NCBI GenBank assembly: GCA_947477885.1
Contig: CANJUD010000008.1
Coordinates: forward strand, 29,569-93,568
Reading direction: 5' to 3'
DNA from: Bacteroidota bacterium
Lineage (GTDB): Bacteria > Bacteroidota > Bacteroidia > UKL13-3
Length of the DNA: 64,000 nucleotides
Shown here: piece after piece, positions 9,898 to 19,777 of the stretch
Layout of the letters: each line of letters opens with the position of its first letter
Position numbering within the stretch: the first letter of the stretch is position 1
The notes under the pieces: model-generated
Databases searched by the model: none
The model's input: only the letters and a program-made list of their open reading frames with translations
What the model was told of the DNA's origin: nothing
Translations under genes and position numbers: made by a program

Positions 9898-10569
9898 TTA
9901 ATGTTTCACCACAAATTTTAAAGATTGTATTCTTTTACCATACGAAGTTAAATAATATATACCTTCAGCATAGTTTGAAACATCAATTCCTGAATTGTTA
10001 TAAGGTCCATTATAATATATCTTACCATCATTTGCAAATATTAAAATTGTAGTTATATCTAAATAATCTGTTGTGTTATTAATAAGTGCCATATTGTTAT
10101 TGGTAGGGTTTGGATATATGCTAATAGTAGGAACCAATATTGGTTGTGCTATAGTAACAGCTTTTACTCCTAAGGTTTGCGCATATTGATTCATATCTTT
10201 TTGTAGCAGTTTATAATACCAAGTTCCAGTTTGCCCGGTAAGTTGTTCAGAAAAACTATAACGTGCAGTTATAGTGCTGTTAACTTGTGCAGATAGTTCA
10301 CCTACATATTCAAATAGTATCCCATCTTTACTACGTTGTATTATAAAAAGTTCGGAATTTATTTCAGAATTTGTACTCCACTTAAGTGTGACAATTTCAT
10401 GGTCAATTTCAGCAGTGAAGCTGGTTAGCATTACTGGCAGAGCAATTGATTTGCTTGCAGTGCCTAAGGCATACCCATCGCCATTGCCTCCGTGGTACTT
10501 GTTTAGTGTTTGTGCTTTTACATGTAAGCTACAAATAATAATTGCGGTTGTTAATATTAAATTTTTCAT
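9898..10569 (-). CDS. Small T9SS type A CTD protein (short GGNGDGY N-terminal peptide, LPV Ig-like domain, CTD)
   Basis: Signal peptide; LPVMLTSFTA...W.T.SE.N...F.IQRS.DG..F; IYPNP...GIYYL. Confidence 0.85.
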   Translation of the reverse strand: MKNLILTTAIIICSLHVKAQTLNKYHGGNGDGYALGTASKSIALPVMLTSFTAEIDHEIVTLKWSTNSEINSELFIIQRSKDGILFEYVGELSAQVNSTITARYSFSEQLTGQTGTWYYKLLQKDMNQYAQTLGVKAVTIAQPILVPTISIYPNPTNNNMALINNTTDYLDITTILIFANDGKIYYNGPYNNSGIDVSNYAEGIYYLTSYGKRIQSLKFVVKH

Positions 10570-10654
10570 GAGTGAAATATGTTTAATGATGAATGATAAA
10601 TGATAAATTATGGATTATGGATGGTAAATTTTGACTAACTACTAACTACTAAAT

Positions 10655-12187
10655 TTAAGGTGCTGTTCTAACTCCACGTCCGCTGCGACCCCAATTGTAT
10701 GAGTAATCGGTATAGCCTATCCATTCGCGGTCAGATACACGCAACTTTGTACTTCCGTATGCAATACTTCCACCACGGTAACCACAACCTGTTCCATTTG
10801 ATATATATGCTGATGCACTTGAATATCCAGGCCAATCACTGTTGGTTGCATAGCCACCTGTAGTTAAATTTCCATCACCATGTGTACCTGTAAAACCGCG
10901 ACCTGTGCTGGTGGATATGTTCACCACACGTTCCCAAGCATTGCCACTCATTTCCATTATACCATAATAAGATGCACCAGAAGTAACACGCGAAGAACTT
11001 GATGTGGCGAACATACCGGTTCTAACAACGCCATCAATATAACTTGCACCTGTGGCAAAATATACTGCATTGCCCGTTGTGGTGCTGGCTGAACTAGCTA
11101 CCTCATTGCTGTCAGCTGCGTGAGACAAGCTATAGCTTGATGAGTATATAGAAGTAGTTCCCCAAGCATATTCATTGCTCACAGGTGTTTGATCGCCCCT
11201 GCATGCTTTCTCAAATTCAAGTTCGGTCATGGGGCGCAGACCTGACCAGTCTAGGTATGAGGCCACCTGTCCGTAGGTCATATAGTTGCAGCTAATATTT
11301 GCACCCGCACAGCTAAAGGTTATTGCATCACTTGTGCCACTGCCTGATGCGGGACACATAATATAGTTTCTGTTCAATGCCCAGTTCTGTAAGCACATCA
11401 CATAGTTTTTACCGCCGCTCACTGAACTTGATGATATGGTGGAATTAACCATATGGTTTTGTTGGGTGCGGGTGAGGCAGTTCAAAAAATCAGTATATTG
11501 CCCTTGCGAGATTTCGTATTTCATGCAATAGAATGCTGTATATCCATTTGGCCAAGATGCATTAGAAGGAGCAGTTTGACTTGTTGGATATCCGCCGCAT
11601 TTTGGAGAGCTGCCACTGGGTGTGGTAGTTGCATCAGAAGTATTTATATAAGTTTTTGTAAACTCTGAGCTGCCGCTACCACCGCTGCCTGCATAGAAAG
11701 ATGCAGTGGGCACGTATACCATTTCGCATCCCATTACTTTAATATTATACGCCTCATTGTCGCCAATTGAGTCGATTACATAATACCATTTAAGTTTTAC
11801 TGAAGTGAGCGAAAGCGTGCCACTTCCAGTATCAGTGCGGTATATAAATGCACCCTTTCCGTCTGATGGCACGCTGATGGTAGAACCAGTTGGTGCAGTA
11901 TTGCCAGTTGTAGTGAGCGTAGCATGTTTCCAAGTAGTGCCGCCGCTGGTTTTAAATTTGATAAATACCCAAGCGGCATCCCAGTTAATAGCATCTCGGA
12001 AAGAATTTTCCCAACTGATGTCGAACTGCACCATTATATAGTTGCCAGTACTACCTGATCCACCAGAGGTATTCTGCCCTGTTAGTTGCACGTTAGAGAT
12101 GCTAAGGTTGTTAGCTTTTGCGTTGCCTAGCCAAAATAAACATAATATAATGACTACGATTTTTAGGATGTGTAATAGATTTTTCAT
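10655..12187 (-). CDS. Secreted FGE-sulfatase (SUMF1/EgtB/PvdO, C-type-lectin fold) domain protein
   Basis: Signal peptide from ATG 12187; MVYVP, FYCMKYEISQGQY..FLN, GLRPMTELEFEKACRG, YGIMEMSGNAWE, RGGS...RVSDR...GRGVR. Confidence 0.88.
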   Translation of the reverse strand: MKNLLHILKIVVIILCLFWLGNAKANNLSISNVQLTGQNTSGGSGSTGNYIMVQFDISWENSFRDAINWDAAWVFIKFKTSGGTTWKHATLTTTGNTAPTGSTISVPSDGKGAFIYRTDTGSGTLSLTSVKLKWYYVIDSIGDNEAYNIKVMGCEMVYVPTASFYAGSGGSGSSEFTKTYINTSDATTTPSGSSPKCGGYPTSQTAPSNASWPNGYTAFYCMKYEISQGQYTDFLNCLTRTQQNHMVNSTISSSSVSGGKNYVMCLQNWALNRNYIMCPASGSGTSDAITFSCAGANISCNYMTYGQVASYLDWSGLRPMTELEFEKACRGDQTPVSNEYAWGTTSIYSSSYSLSHAADSNEVASSASTTTGNAVYFATGASYIDGVVRTGMFATSSSSRVTSGASYYGIMEMSGNAWERVVNISTSTGRGFTGTHGDGNLTTGGYATNSDWPGYSSASAYISNGTGCGYRGGSIAYGSTKLRVSDREWIGYTDYSYNWGRSGRGVRTAP

Positions 12188-12491
12188 AATGTTTTGTATT
12201 AATTTCTTGATACAAAATTGAAGACTCCACAATGGCTTATAGGATAAAAATTGAGGCTAAATTAAATTCCCAAGTAATGAGAAATTCGCCTTAAAAAAAC
12301 TTAAGTATTTGAAAAAGAAGTTTTTAATTATGATTAATGGGAGTATAAATTAAATAGCTAGTTGCCTAATATCAGTCAAATTAAACTTCTTTTCTACCCA
12401 ACTTATGCATCTCATTATAGGAACCTTTGTTCTTTTAAATAAGTGCCACATTTATTATCAAATTTCAACATAACAATCGTTAAACCATAAA

Positions 12492-14435
12492 TTACTCAAA
12501 ACGCTCTTTCCTATCATACTCCCCTGTCTCTTTATAATACTTCCAAACCCCCATTTTGAGTCCGTTTTCGTAATTACCTTTTATTTTTAGCTTCCCATTT
12601 TCCCAATATTCTTTGTATTCGCCATGCATTTTATTTTCTTCATTCATCTTGGCTTCTACTTTTATTTGACCATTAGGATAATGTTCTTCTTTGGTATTGT
12701 TTGCATAAGCAACTTGGGTTGAGTCATCTGTAATTACTTTTTCTACACTGTCAGTAATAGTGGCTGAGTCATTCATTTTATGTTCATCAATATTGAATGC
12801 TAGGCGCAGTTTTACATCATAATACTTTCCGTTTCCTGTCATCTGAAAACCCATTTTTGGGAAACAAGTAATATACTTTTGGTTTTGTTTCATTTTATAA
12901 TAGGTTTCAGGTTTCACGCTTGTGCGCATCAGTGGGAAGTACTGTTCCATATTTACATATACAAACACATTTGAATTGTCATTGAACTGGTCAATCAGTT
13001 TATTATATTCATCATTCTTGGCCAAAGTATTTCCTGCTGTATAGTCATCAATCATGCGGTGCATATTATACTCGGTGTTGGTAAAAACAATTCGATCTTC
13101 TATAATAGTATAATAAGGCATATCAAATTTTTCAAACATTTTCCCAAACATTTTTCTGAACAAACCACGAATTTTCATCCGTTTAATAGTATGCTCATTA
13201 TACTCTTCAGTCTGTACTTTAAGTATTCCGAGGCTCCTTCTTTTGAGGCGTTTGGCAATCAAATCCATATTTTCCTGCATCGATTCTTTTTTATTGGCAT
13301 GTATTACAATAGCATAGTCTGCACCTTTTGCCGAATCGTTTGGCGATAGCGTTACATAAGTTACTTCATCACCAATCCACGATATAATATTTTTTCGCAG
13401 TGTGATACCCAGAAACTGTTCGGTAGTATTTACAATGCTGCTCATGGTGCCATAATCTTTATCGTTTAGTTGCATACTTTTATCTAGCTTCTCATAAAAG
13501 TCCCCAAATTTTTCATAGCCTAAACTCATACACATGGCTGCTTGGTTTGTTATATATTCTTGGTTGCCCAATTTCCCCGTCCCGAATTGTAGCATATCAC
13601 TCAAATGATTGTCCAACGAATCGTGTATGTTCAAATTACCATCCATTCTTATGGCATCATCGTCAACACTTCCAGTCATACCCGCATACTGTATAATATT
13701 ACTGATATCTATATTTATTTGATCGAGCGGCTGCTGATAGCAGGCAATCAGATCATCATAATAAGTAGCATTTAGGTATAGTTTAAACAAACCACCATCG
13801 CCCGTGCGATTAGATACATCTTTAAATTTATTTTGTTTGGTAAAATAGGGCGAATCAACTGTATTGATAGCAGATTCAACCAACTTGCCCACATAGCTGC
13901 ACACTAATTGATTTTCTATAATACTGGTATATAATATTTCCCCTGTTTCAGGATCTAAGTTTTCAGTGATTTGATAGCTTTTATATTCCTTCGTTTTGGT
14001 TTTGAAACCACCCATTTTGCAAAGCATGTCAATAGCCTGCTTGATAACGCCAATCTTAGATGCTCCCTGCAAATCGACTACATATAGAAAATCATAATCA
14101 TTGGGCTTGGTTTTGTGGGCTGATATAAAAACTTTGCGGTCGCCAAATGCATCAAATATGATATCATGTTCTTTAATCATTTTGTCAAGAGCATCGGCAC
14201 TTTTTGCAATTTCAGAAAAAGTAGCCTGTGTTTTAATATGATTCCAGGGCTTAGACTCAGAAATTTTTTTCCATGATTTAATGGGCTGAGATGTTTCAAT
14301 AATATATATCGCATCCGATGGTATACAGGCCATGGCATCAATATTTTTAGATGCTGCAAAAAACTTAAGATATACAAAATATCCCACACCCAAAAGCAGG
14401 ATGATGATGGTGAACCAAATGAAGAATTTTTTCAT
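12492..14435 (-). CDS. DUF3352-like membrane-anchored protein with C-terminal MORN-variant repeats
   Basis: N-terminal TM helix; SWIGDEV motif; C-terminal YPNGQIK...HGEYKEYWENGKLKIKGNYENGLKMGVWKYY; TAnnTTTG promoter box just upstream on the minus strand. Confidence 0.75.
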   Translation of the reverse strand: MKKFFIWFTIIILLLGVGYFVYLKFFAASKNIDAMACIPSDAIYIIETSQPIKSWKKISESKPWNHIKTQATFSEIAKSADALDKMIKEHDIIFDAFGDRKVFISAHKTKPNDYDFLYVVDLQGASKIGVIKQAIDMLCKMGGFKTKTKEYKSYQITENLDPETGEILYTSIIENQLVCSYVGKLVESAINTVDSPYFTKQNKFKDVSNRTGDGGLFKLYLNATYYDDLIACYQQPLDQINIDISNIIQYAGMTGSVDDDAIRMDGNLNIHDSLDNHLSDMLQFGTGKLGNQEYITNQAAMCMSLGYEKFGDFYEKLDKSMQLNDKDYGTMSSIVNTTEQFLGITLRKNIISWIGDEVTYVTLSPNDSAKGADYAIVIHANKKESMQENMDLIAKRLKRRSLGILKVQTEEYNEHTIKRMKIRGLFRKMFGKMFEKFDMPYYTIIEDRIVFTNTEYNMHRMIDDYTAGNTLAKNDEYNKLIDQFNDNSNVFVYVNMEQYFPLMRTSVKPETYYKMKQNQKYITCFPKMGFQMTGNGKYYDVKLRLAFNIDEHKMNDSATITDSVEKVITDDSTQVAYANNTKEEHYPNGQIKVEAKMNEENKMHGEYKEYWENGKLKIKGNYENGLKMGVWKYYKETGEYDRKERFE

Positions 14436-14679
14436 AAGGGCAAAGGTAATGAAGGATTTACGAAATTAGGAATTGGGAACAGAATAAGATTCGGGAGGGG
14501 TTTAGGTCGCCTGATTTTTTAGAACCATTAAGAAGTTAAGAAAATAAGGCTTGTTCGTTGTATGCATTATTGCCTTAATGTTTAAAATAAGTGGCAGTAT
14601 AATTATCAGGCGTAAGCCAAATCGTATATCGTAAATTAGGTGCCAGCTCCTAAATCCATACCCCTTAATTCTCCGCACC

Positions 14680-15345
14680 CTAATTCATCTTCTTCACTGC
14701 AACTTTCTTATCATCTTCCAATAATAAATTTTTCTGCCATTCTTCTACATAGGCTGCTTCAAAATCGGAAAACTGGGGTTGATTGAGGGTGTAGCCATAT
14801 ATATAATACTGTGCTGATGCTCCAGAACTAATTTTCTTGTCACGCCTCACATAAGAGAGAGCTACTTTTTTGCTAGCCTCGCCCTTGGTGATATTAGAAG
14901 TGGTAAGGTAGAAAGTTATCTGCTCGGCAATACTACAGCTAGATAAGAAATAGTTAAAATGGTCAATCAAATATTGGGGTTCCTTTTTCATAGGCAATTC
15001 AAATTCTAAATCAGAATTTGGATCAACCATGATAATGGCAGGTAGTTTATATACATTATATCTTCGGGCTATAGTGTTACCGTTACTGCCAGATATTTCA
15101 GCATCTAAACAATTGTAGTTGGCTTTTAATACATTCACTAACTCCGCATTCGACATAATCTCACGGGTAAATTTTTTGCTTTCGTAGCAATGGTTTGAGT
15201 GCACATATATCAATAATGGATGGTGCTCTTTTTTAGCAAATTCAAGTGCTGAATTTAAGTCGTGATGTGTGAAACATTTAGGCAAAGCTGATTTTGCACT
15301 ATTTATACATATACTTATCGACAATATTACGAGTAGCTTTTTCAT
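14680..15345 (-). CDS. Secreted thioredoxin-fold protein (CxxS)
   Basis: Signal peptide MKKLLVIL...; ALEFAKKEHHPLLIYVHSNHCYES; YNVYKLPAIIMVD cis-Pro motif. Confidence 0.7.
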   Translation of the reverse strand: MKKLLVILSISICINSAKSALPKCFTHHDLNSALEFAKKEHHPLLIYVHSNHCYESKKFTREIMSNAELVNVLKANYNCLDAEISGSNGNTIARRYNVYKLPAIIMVDPNSDLEFELPMKKEPQYLIDHFNYFLSSCSIAEQITFYLTTSNITKGEASKKVALSYVRRDKKISSGASAQYYIYGYTLNQPQFSDFEAAYVEEWQKNLLLEDDKKVAVKKMN

Positions 15346-15539
15346 ATAATACATGGTTAAGGGATGCAATTTTAGAGTATCTGATTTTAAATGTCAACAT
15401 TGTTTTTAACTTATAAACAATTTATAGACACATGTTTTAAAATCTATATTATTCTTAGATATATATGATAGTGTAGGATTTTAGGATGTTTATTAAAGTG
15501 TACATAATGTTGTTTGGAAGAGGAATGTTTGCAGATACG

Positions 15540-15676
15540 CGTAATTGCGAGGATGAACGACGACGAACTCTCATTAAATGTGTGCTCGGGAACTTTTATC
15601 ACTTCTAGCATACTATGATGGAGATTGCTTCGTCGCCCTTCCGCACAGGTATTACACACTACTTCTCGCAATAACG
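15540..15676. repeat. Family A palindromic (MITE/REP-like) element
   Basis: Ends cgtaattgcgagga / ttctcgcaataacg; central gtgtgctcggg...tagcatac hairpin shared with the other copies. Confidence 0.75.
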
Positions 15677-15740
15677 ACAGAAGAGCTAGGAATATTTTTT
15701 TACAAGTTATTTATATTCTTCCTGTAGTTTTGAACCAAGA

Positions 15741-16667
15741 TTGAATATTGAAAAACATACCGCTACTGTTAAACAAATTGCCCTAGAACTGGGATTCTCG
15801 TTTTGTGGAATTTCCAAAGCTGGATTTTTGGAACAAGAAGCACCGCGTCTAGACAATTGGCTTACCCAAAATCTAAATGGTGAAATGGGCTATATGGCCA
15901 ATTATTTCGACATGCGAGTTGACCCTAGAATCTTAGTTCCTGGGGCAAAAGCAGTTGTATCTTTATTATATAATTACTATCCCAAAGAGACAGAAATATA
16001 TAATACGGGCGATGTGAAAATTGCCAAATATGCGTGGGGAGAAGACTATCATAAAGTAGTAAAAAGCAAACTGAAAACCATGCTTAAATTACTGAAGGAA
16101 CAAATTGGAGATATAAGTGGGCGTGCATTTGTAGACAGTGCCCCCGTGCTCGACCGTGCATGGGCAGCAAAAAGTGGTTTAGGTTGGATAGGAAAAAATT
16201 CGATGCTCATCAATAAAAGTATCGGCTCCTATTTTTTTATTGCTGAACTTATCATAGACCTGGAATTAATTCCGGATATAATACCCGCAAAAGACCATTG
16301 TGGAACCTGCACCGCTTGTATAGATGCTTGCCCCACTGATGCGATACTTTCGCCACAAATTGTAGATGGATCAAAATGTATATCATACTTTACTATTGAA
16401 CTAAAAGGTGAAATCCCAAAAGCATATCATGATAAAATGGAAGGCTGGGCTTTTGGTTGCGATATATGTCAGGATGTATGCCCTTGGAACAAATTCTCCC
16501 AACCACATCATGAACCCAAGTTTGAGCCCAATAAAAATATATTAAATATGGACAAAAAAGAATGGCTTGAAATTACAGAAGATGTATTTAATATCATTAC
16601 CGAGAAATCTCCATTGCAAAGGACTAAATTAACTGGGATGAAAAGGAATTTGGGATTGAGTACTTAG
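15741..16667 (+). CDS. queG: tRNA epoxyqueuosine(34) reductase
   Basis: [60 protein letters not shown]; TAGTTTTG promoter box at about 15725. Confidence 0.97.
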   Translation: MNIEKHTATVKQIALELGFSFCGISKAGFLEQEAPRLDNWLTQNLNGEMGYMANYFDMRVDPRILVPGAKAVVSLLYNYYPKETEIYNTGDVKIAKYAWGEDYHKVVKSKLKTMLKLLKEQIGDISGRAFVDSAPVLDRAWAAKSGLGWIGKNSMLINKSIGSYFFIAELIIDLELIPDIIPAKDHCGTCTACIDACPTDAILSPQIVDGSKCISYFTIELKGEIPKAYHDKMEGWAFGCDICQDVCPWNKFSQPHHEPKFEPNKNILNMDKKEWLEITEDVFNIITEKSPLQRTKLTGMKRNLGLST

Positions 16668-16725
16668 TTCGCCGCGGCGGATAGGTTCACGCAAGTTTGC
16701 TTAATATATGCTGTTGTCGAGCGGC

Positions 16726-16757
16726 CTCTCTTCCCCTAGCCACTCTTAAGGAGAGGA
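16726..16757. repeat. Family C palindromic repeat, degenerate
   Basis: cctctcttcccctagccactcttaaggagagg resembles the reverse complement of the element at 47459-47509. Confidence 0.4.
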
Positions 16758-16958
16758 CAATTTCGGCTTTGCAGGATATCATATTATATATAGAATTGGA
16801 TCTCATGTAAATTGAACAATGTGTTTATAAGTGCTATAGGAGCAACATTGGTAAAAAAAGCATGTATAAAGGGGGCGGAAACAACCGTAAAATATGAGCT
16901 ATAAATGTTTATAATCTTAGCTAACAACATTGAATCACGAATCCTTATATTTGTCGCT

Positions 16959-18155
16959 GTGATTTTATCGAACCCTACGCATATTTCCAAAATAAAATTT
17001 GTACAATCAATTGCTGCATGCGCTGTGGCTGGTGGATTGGTATTGGGTCACTTTCCAGCATTTATGAGTGTGGGTGCTATATTACTTTGTGCATGCGGTA
17101 TATTGTTGAACACTTCAAAAGATTGGCGTAACACTATATTTATTGCATTTGCATTATTCTGGTTATGGCAATTAATCAGCGGTTTTTGGTGCGATGATAT
17201 ATCTGGGTGGCAAGCGGAAGTAACGCGTAAAATATCTTTCATACTGATACCCGCTGGTCTGCTAGTGTGCACAGCTCGATTGGTAAAAAGTATATTGATT
17301 ACTTTTTGTTTAGCTGTATTATTAGTTGCCATATTAAGTGTAGGGAATTATTTTATACATTATGATGAAGTTAATTTGCAAATTACTAAATCTATTGGAA
17401 TGCCAATTATATCGCAGCTCTCACATATTTATTTTAGTATACTAAACGGATTGGCTGCATTATTATGTATTCACTTGTGGAACTTAAGCAATAGAAAAAA
17501 TATATTTTGGATAGTTGCAAGTATTATATTGATTATTTGTCTTCATATACTTTCTTCACGAACAGGTTTGGTTGCATTTTATATAACCAGTTTTTTACTG
17601 CTAATACAACTTGTAATCGTAAAAAAACGTTGGAAAATGGCACTGCTCATCGGTATCACAGCTTTACTATTACCTGTGGCAGGCTATTATACAACTACAA
17701 GTTTTCGCAATAGAATAGATAATACTGTAGAAGATATGGACCATTATTTCAATGGCAAATACCTGAACTATTATTCCATTTCTATGCGTTTTGAAGCTTG
17801 GAAAATTTGCGGGTATATATTTGAAAAGCATCCGATAATAGGAGTAGGTGTTTCGGATTTACCCAACGCCATGACCAAAGAGTATGATGCAAAGAAAATA
17901 CAGAATGAAGTACGAATATATGAAGCACATAACCAATATTTAGAGCAATTAGCCGACTTGGGTATTATAGGTTTTTTAACACTCATATTTATATTATATA
18001 CTATTGTAAAAGGTCGTGGAAGTTCTTTTTGGGTAGTATCTGTATTAGGCATGTTTGCTACTGCATTTTTGTTTGAGTCCGTATTGGAGAGCCATAATGG
18101 TATTGCAGCTTTTGCTCTGTTTGGGACATTGGTGGTGGCGAGCAAGAAACTATGA
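16959..18155 (+). CDS. O-antigen ligase (WaaL/Wzy_C) family membrane protein
   Basis: Many TM helices; SSRTG, SMRFEAW, HPIIGVG, AHNQYL, GIIG motifs. GTG 16959 chosen because the TATATTTG promoter box lies at 16946-16953 (ORF track starts at 16905). Confidence 0.88.
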   Translation: MILSNPTHISKIKFVQSIAACAVAGGLVLGHFPAFMSVGAILLCACGILLNTSKDWRNTIFIAFALFWLWQLISGFWCDDISGWQAEVTRKISFILIPAGLLVCTARLVKSILITFCLAVLLVAILSVGNYFIHYDEVNLQITKSIGMPIISQLSHIYFSILNGLAALLCIHLWNLSNRKNIFWIVASIILIICLHILSSRTGLVAFYITSFLLLIQLVIVKKRWKMALLIGITALLLPVAGYYTTTSFRNRIDNTVEDMDHYFNGKYLNYYSISMRFEAWKICGYIFEKHPIIGVGVSDLPNAMTKEYDAKKIQNEVRIYEAHNQYLEQLADLGIIGFLTLIFILYTIVKGRGSSFWVVSVLGMFATAFLFESVLESHNGIAAFALFGTLVVASKKL

Positions 18156-18190
18156 GTAGTCCCGCTGGTTGGTGGAAACGCCAGCCAGGG
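18156..18190. repeat. GTAG-prefixed hairpin (REP-like or terminator)
   Basis: gtag followed by a ctggttggtg-gaaa-cgccagccag stem immediately after the stop at 18155. Confidence 0.4.
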
Positions 18191-18207
18191 TCTGTAATAT
18201 ATACAAT

Positions 18208-18323
18208 ATGATATCCTTCATCATACCACTAATAAAATTCGCTAAGAAAGGGTAAAAACGGGCTGGTCGTATATAGAAATTTCTGAAGAATTGGCAATGT
18301 TGAGAGAAAAAGTATTAAAATAG
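18208..18323 (+). pseudogene. N-terminal remnant of a DUF1905/YdeI-OmpD-associated family gene
   Basis: MISFIIPLIKFAKKG, then a frameshift, then KTGWSYIEISEELA; resembles the family N-terminal KFxxxGEKTGWTYIEIP motif. Confidence 0.5.
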
Positions 18324-18330
18324 GGAACTA

Positions 18331-18738
18331 TTATAACGCCCGCATCCTATTATTTTTAGGATTGTGTTCCAGTTCTGCCAAACCGAGTTCTTCCAAAAGT
18401 GGTGGCAAATACATTCCAAAACGTCCGCGTAGTCCTTTCTTCAAACCATACCAACCACCTAGTGGATTTTTTTCTGAACGACCCCAAGCTTCCACAGTTC
18501 CCTCGATTACTGGTTTTTGTTCATCGGCACTTCCGAGAAAAATCCAGTTTCCATGTTCTTGTAACATATTATGAAGATCATTAATGCAGCGATAATCATA
18601 ATGCAATATAGTCTTGCCAACAGTACAAACTAATATTTCTTTTCCATCTTTCACATCCTTATGCATTTCATATTCCGATGTGCCGGGTGGAGTTTTCAAC
18701 TTCCAAGGATTTTCATTGGTTCCTTTTGTATCTGACAT
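18331..18738 (-). CDS. Conserved hypothetical protein (DUF6855-like)
   Basis: GTNENPWKLKTPPGTSEY...GSADEQKP..GTVEAWGRS..NP.GGWYGLKKGLRGRFGMY.PP; start at ATG 18738. Confidence 0.75.
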   Translation of the reverse strand: MSDTKGTNENPWKLKTPPGTSEYEMHKDVKDGKEILVCTVGKTILHYDYRCINDLHNMLQEHGNWIFLGSADEQKPVIEGTVEAWGRSEKNPLGGWYGLKKGLRGRFGMYLPPLLEELGLAELEHNPKNNRMRAL

Positions 18739-18837
18739 GATTAATAATATAATAAATTGGATTAGAGAGAGCGAAGATAAGGAATATAAAAATACATTCC
18801 AAAAAAATTTATTTGTCAAATTTGCGGGAAAATATAT

Positions 18838-19384
18838 TATCTATTTTTATGAATTTTATCAAGCAAATTATTTAAAACTTCTTTGAGTTTTTCATTTGTA
18901 CTTTAATCAATCACCAATCCTTTTTTGTTCAATTTATTATTTACATTTCCTATACTAAAAGTTAAATCTTAATTTATAATAGCCCCAAAATCCGTGAGCG
19001 TAAGAAGCAATGATGCCATGGCTTTATCGCCACCTAAATATAATTGTGAGACACTAATTGCAGCTACAGGTTTCTCATTAAACTTTCACGATGATACTAC
19101 CCAATCAAATGTTTTTTTTAACTCCAGGTACACCAAAAGCATATTCGTGAGTACATATAATAATGCCATCTGCTTGAGATAATTTTTCTCGTAAATTAGC
19201 AACTGTGGTAAAATAATTTTTCTTGTTTGGATTGAAAGCAGAAATGTATTCCAAACTATTATATATTTCTATCGTTACATTTCCTGGAGCAAGTTTGGCA
19301 ACCATTCGTAAAATATTTGTACTGGAAGAAGTGCTTTTTAAGCTTCCGGATATACCTAAAATTGTATCTTTTATTATCGTTCAT
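18838..19384 (-). pseudogene. NADPH-dependent FMN reductase, decayed
   Basis: ILGISGSLK...ADGIIICTHEYAFGVPGV, a frameshift, then FDWVVSS*KFNEKPVAAIS...GGDKAMASLL; at least two frameshifts and several stops. Confidence 0.8.
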
Positions 19385-19402
19385 GATATAAATCCAACGC
19401 TT

Positions 19403-19651
19403 TTATATAACATCAAACTCACCACTCAATATACTTTCATTAGTAATCACCATCTCGTTATCGCCCCAGCACAGTGAACCAAGCTCGTTTAAATATACTT
19501 CACAGAACAAGTCTATATCCAAATATTCCTCAATAACAGGACTGTCGCTGTTACGAATATATTTTTCTAAATCAATGGTTTTAGTCGAGTCATCATCAAA
19601 CTCAATAGCCAATCTGTAGTTTCTTATATGTGTTACTGAACTTATTTGCAT
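19403..19651 (-). CDS. DUF2442 domain protein (putative antitoxin-like)
   Basis: V..IRNYRL.IEFDD.....IDL...F..V.L...GSLCW.....I; own TATATTTG promoter box at about 19678-19685 on the minus strand. Confidence 0.75.
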   Translation of the reverse strand: MQISSVTHIRNYRLAIEFDDDSTKTIDLEKYIRNSDSPVIEEYLDIDLFCEVYLNELGSLCWGDNEMVITNESILSGEFDVI

Positions 19652-19744
19652 GTTATAATTATTATCATATTACGATGCAAATATATGAAAGTATGAATAC
19701 AAAAATGAGTTTAATTCACTACTACTTTTCACTCCGCTACTTTG

Positions 19745-19770
19745 GTAAGCTGAGCGAAGTCGAAGCTTAC
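19745..19770. repeat. Family B REP-like hairpin (CTGAGCGAAGTCGAAG core)
   Basis: gtaagc-tgagcgaagtcgaa-gcttac; related copies at 26947, 38135 (reverse) and 49671. Confidence 0.7.
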
Positions 19771-19777
19771 TTTTTAT

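Noticed and set aside
10655-10800. Diversity-generating retroelement target (C-lectin/FGE fold C-terminus)
   Set aside because: I found no template repeat differing at adenines and no reverse transcriptase in the window. A remote DGR cannot be excluded without a genome search.
12492-12700. MORN-variant (YwqK-like) antitoxin gene
   Set aside because: The repeats are the C-terminal part of the DUF3352-like protein, not a separate TA component, and there is no toxin neighbour.
15444-15671. 75-aa ORF, and similar ORFs at 22846, 22879, 24793 and 49556
   Set aside because: They overlap palindromic repeats or real genes and show no protein-family features.
18739-18819. Hydrophobic N-terminal extension of the DUF6855-like ORF
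   Set aside because: The conserved-looking sequence starts at MSDTKGT (18738); the extension looks like AT-rich upstream DNA.
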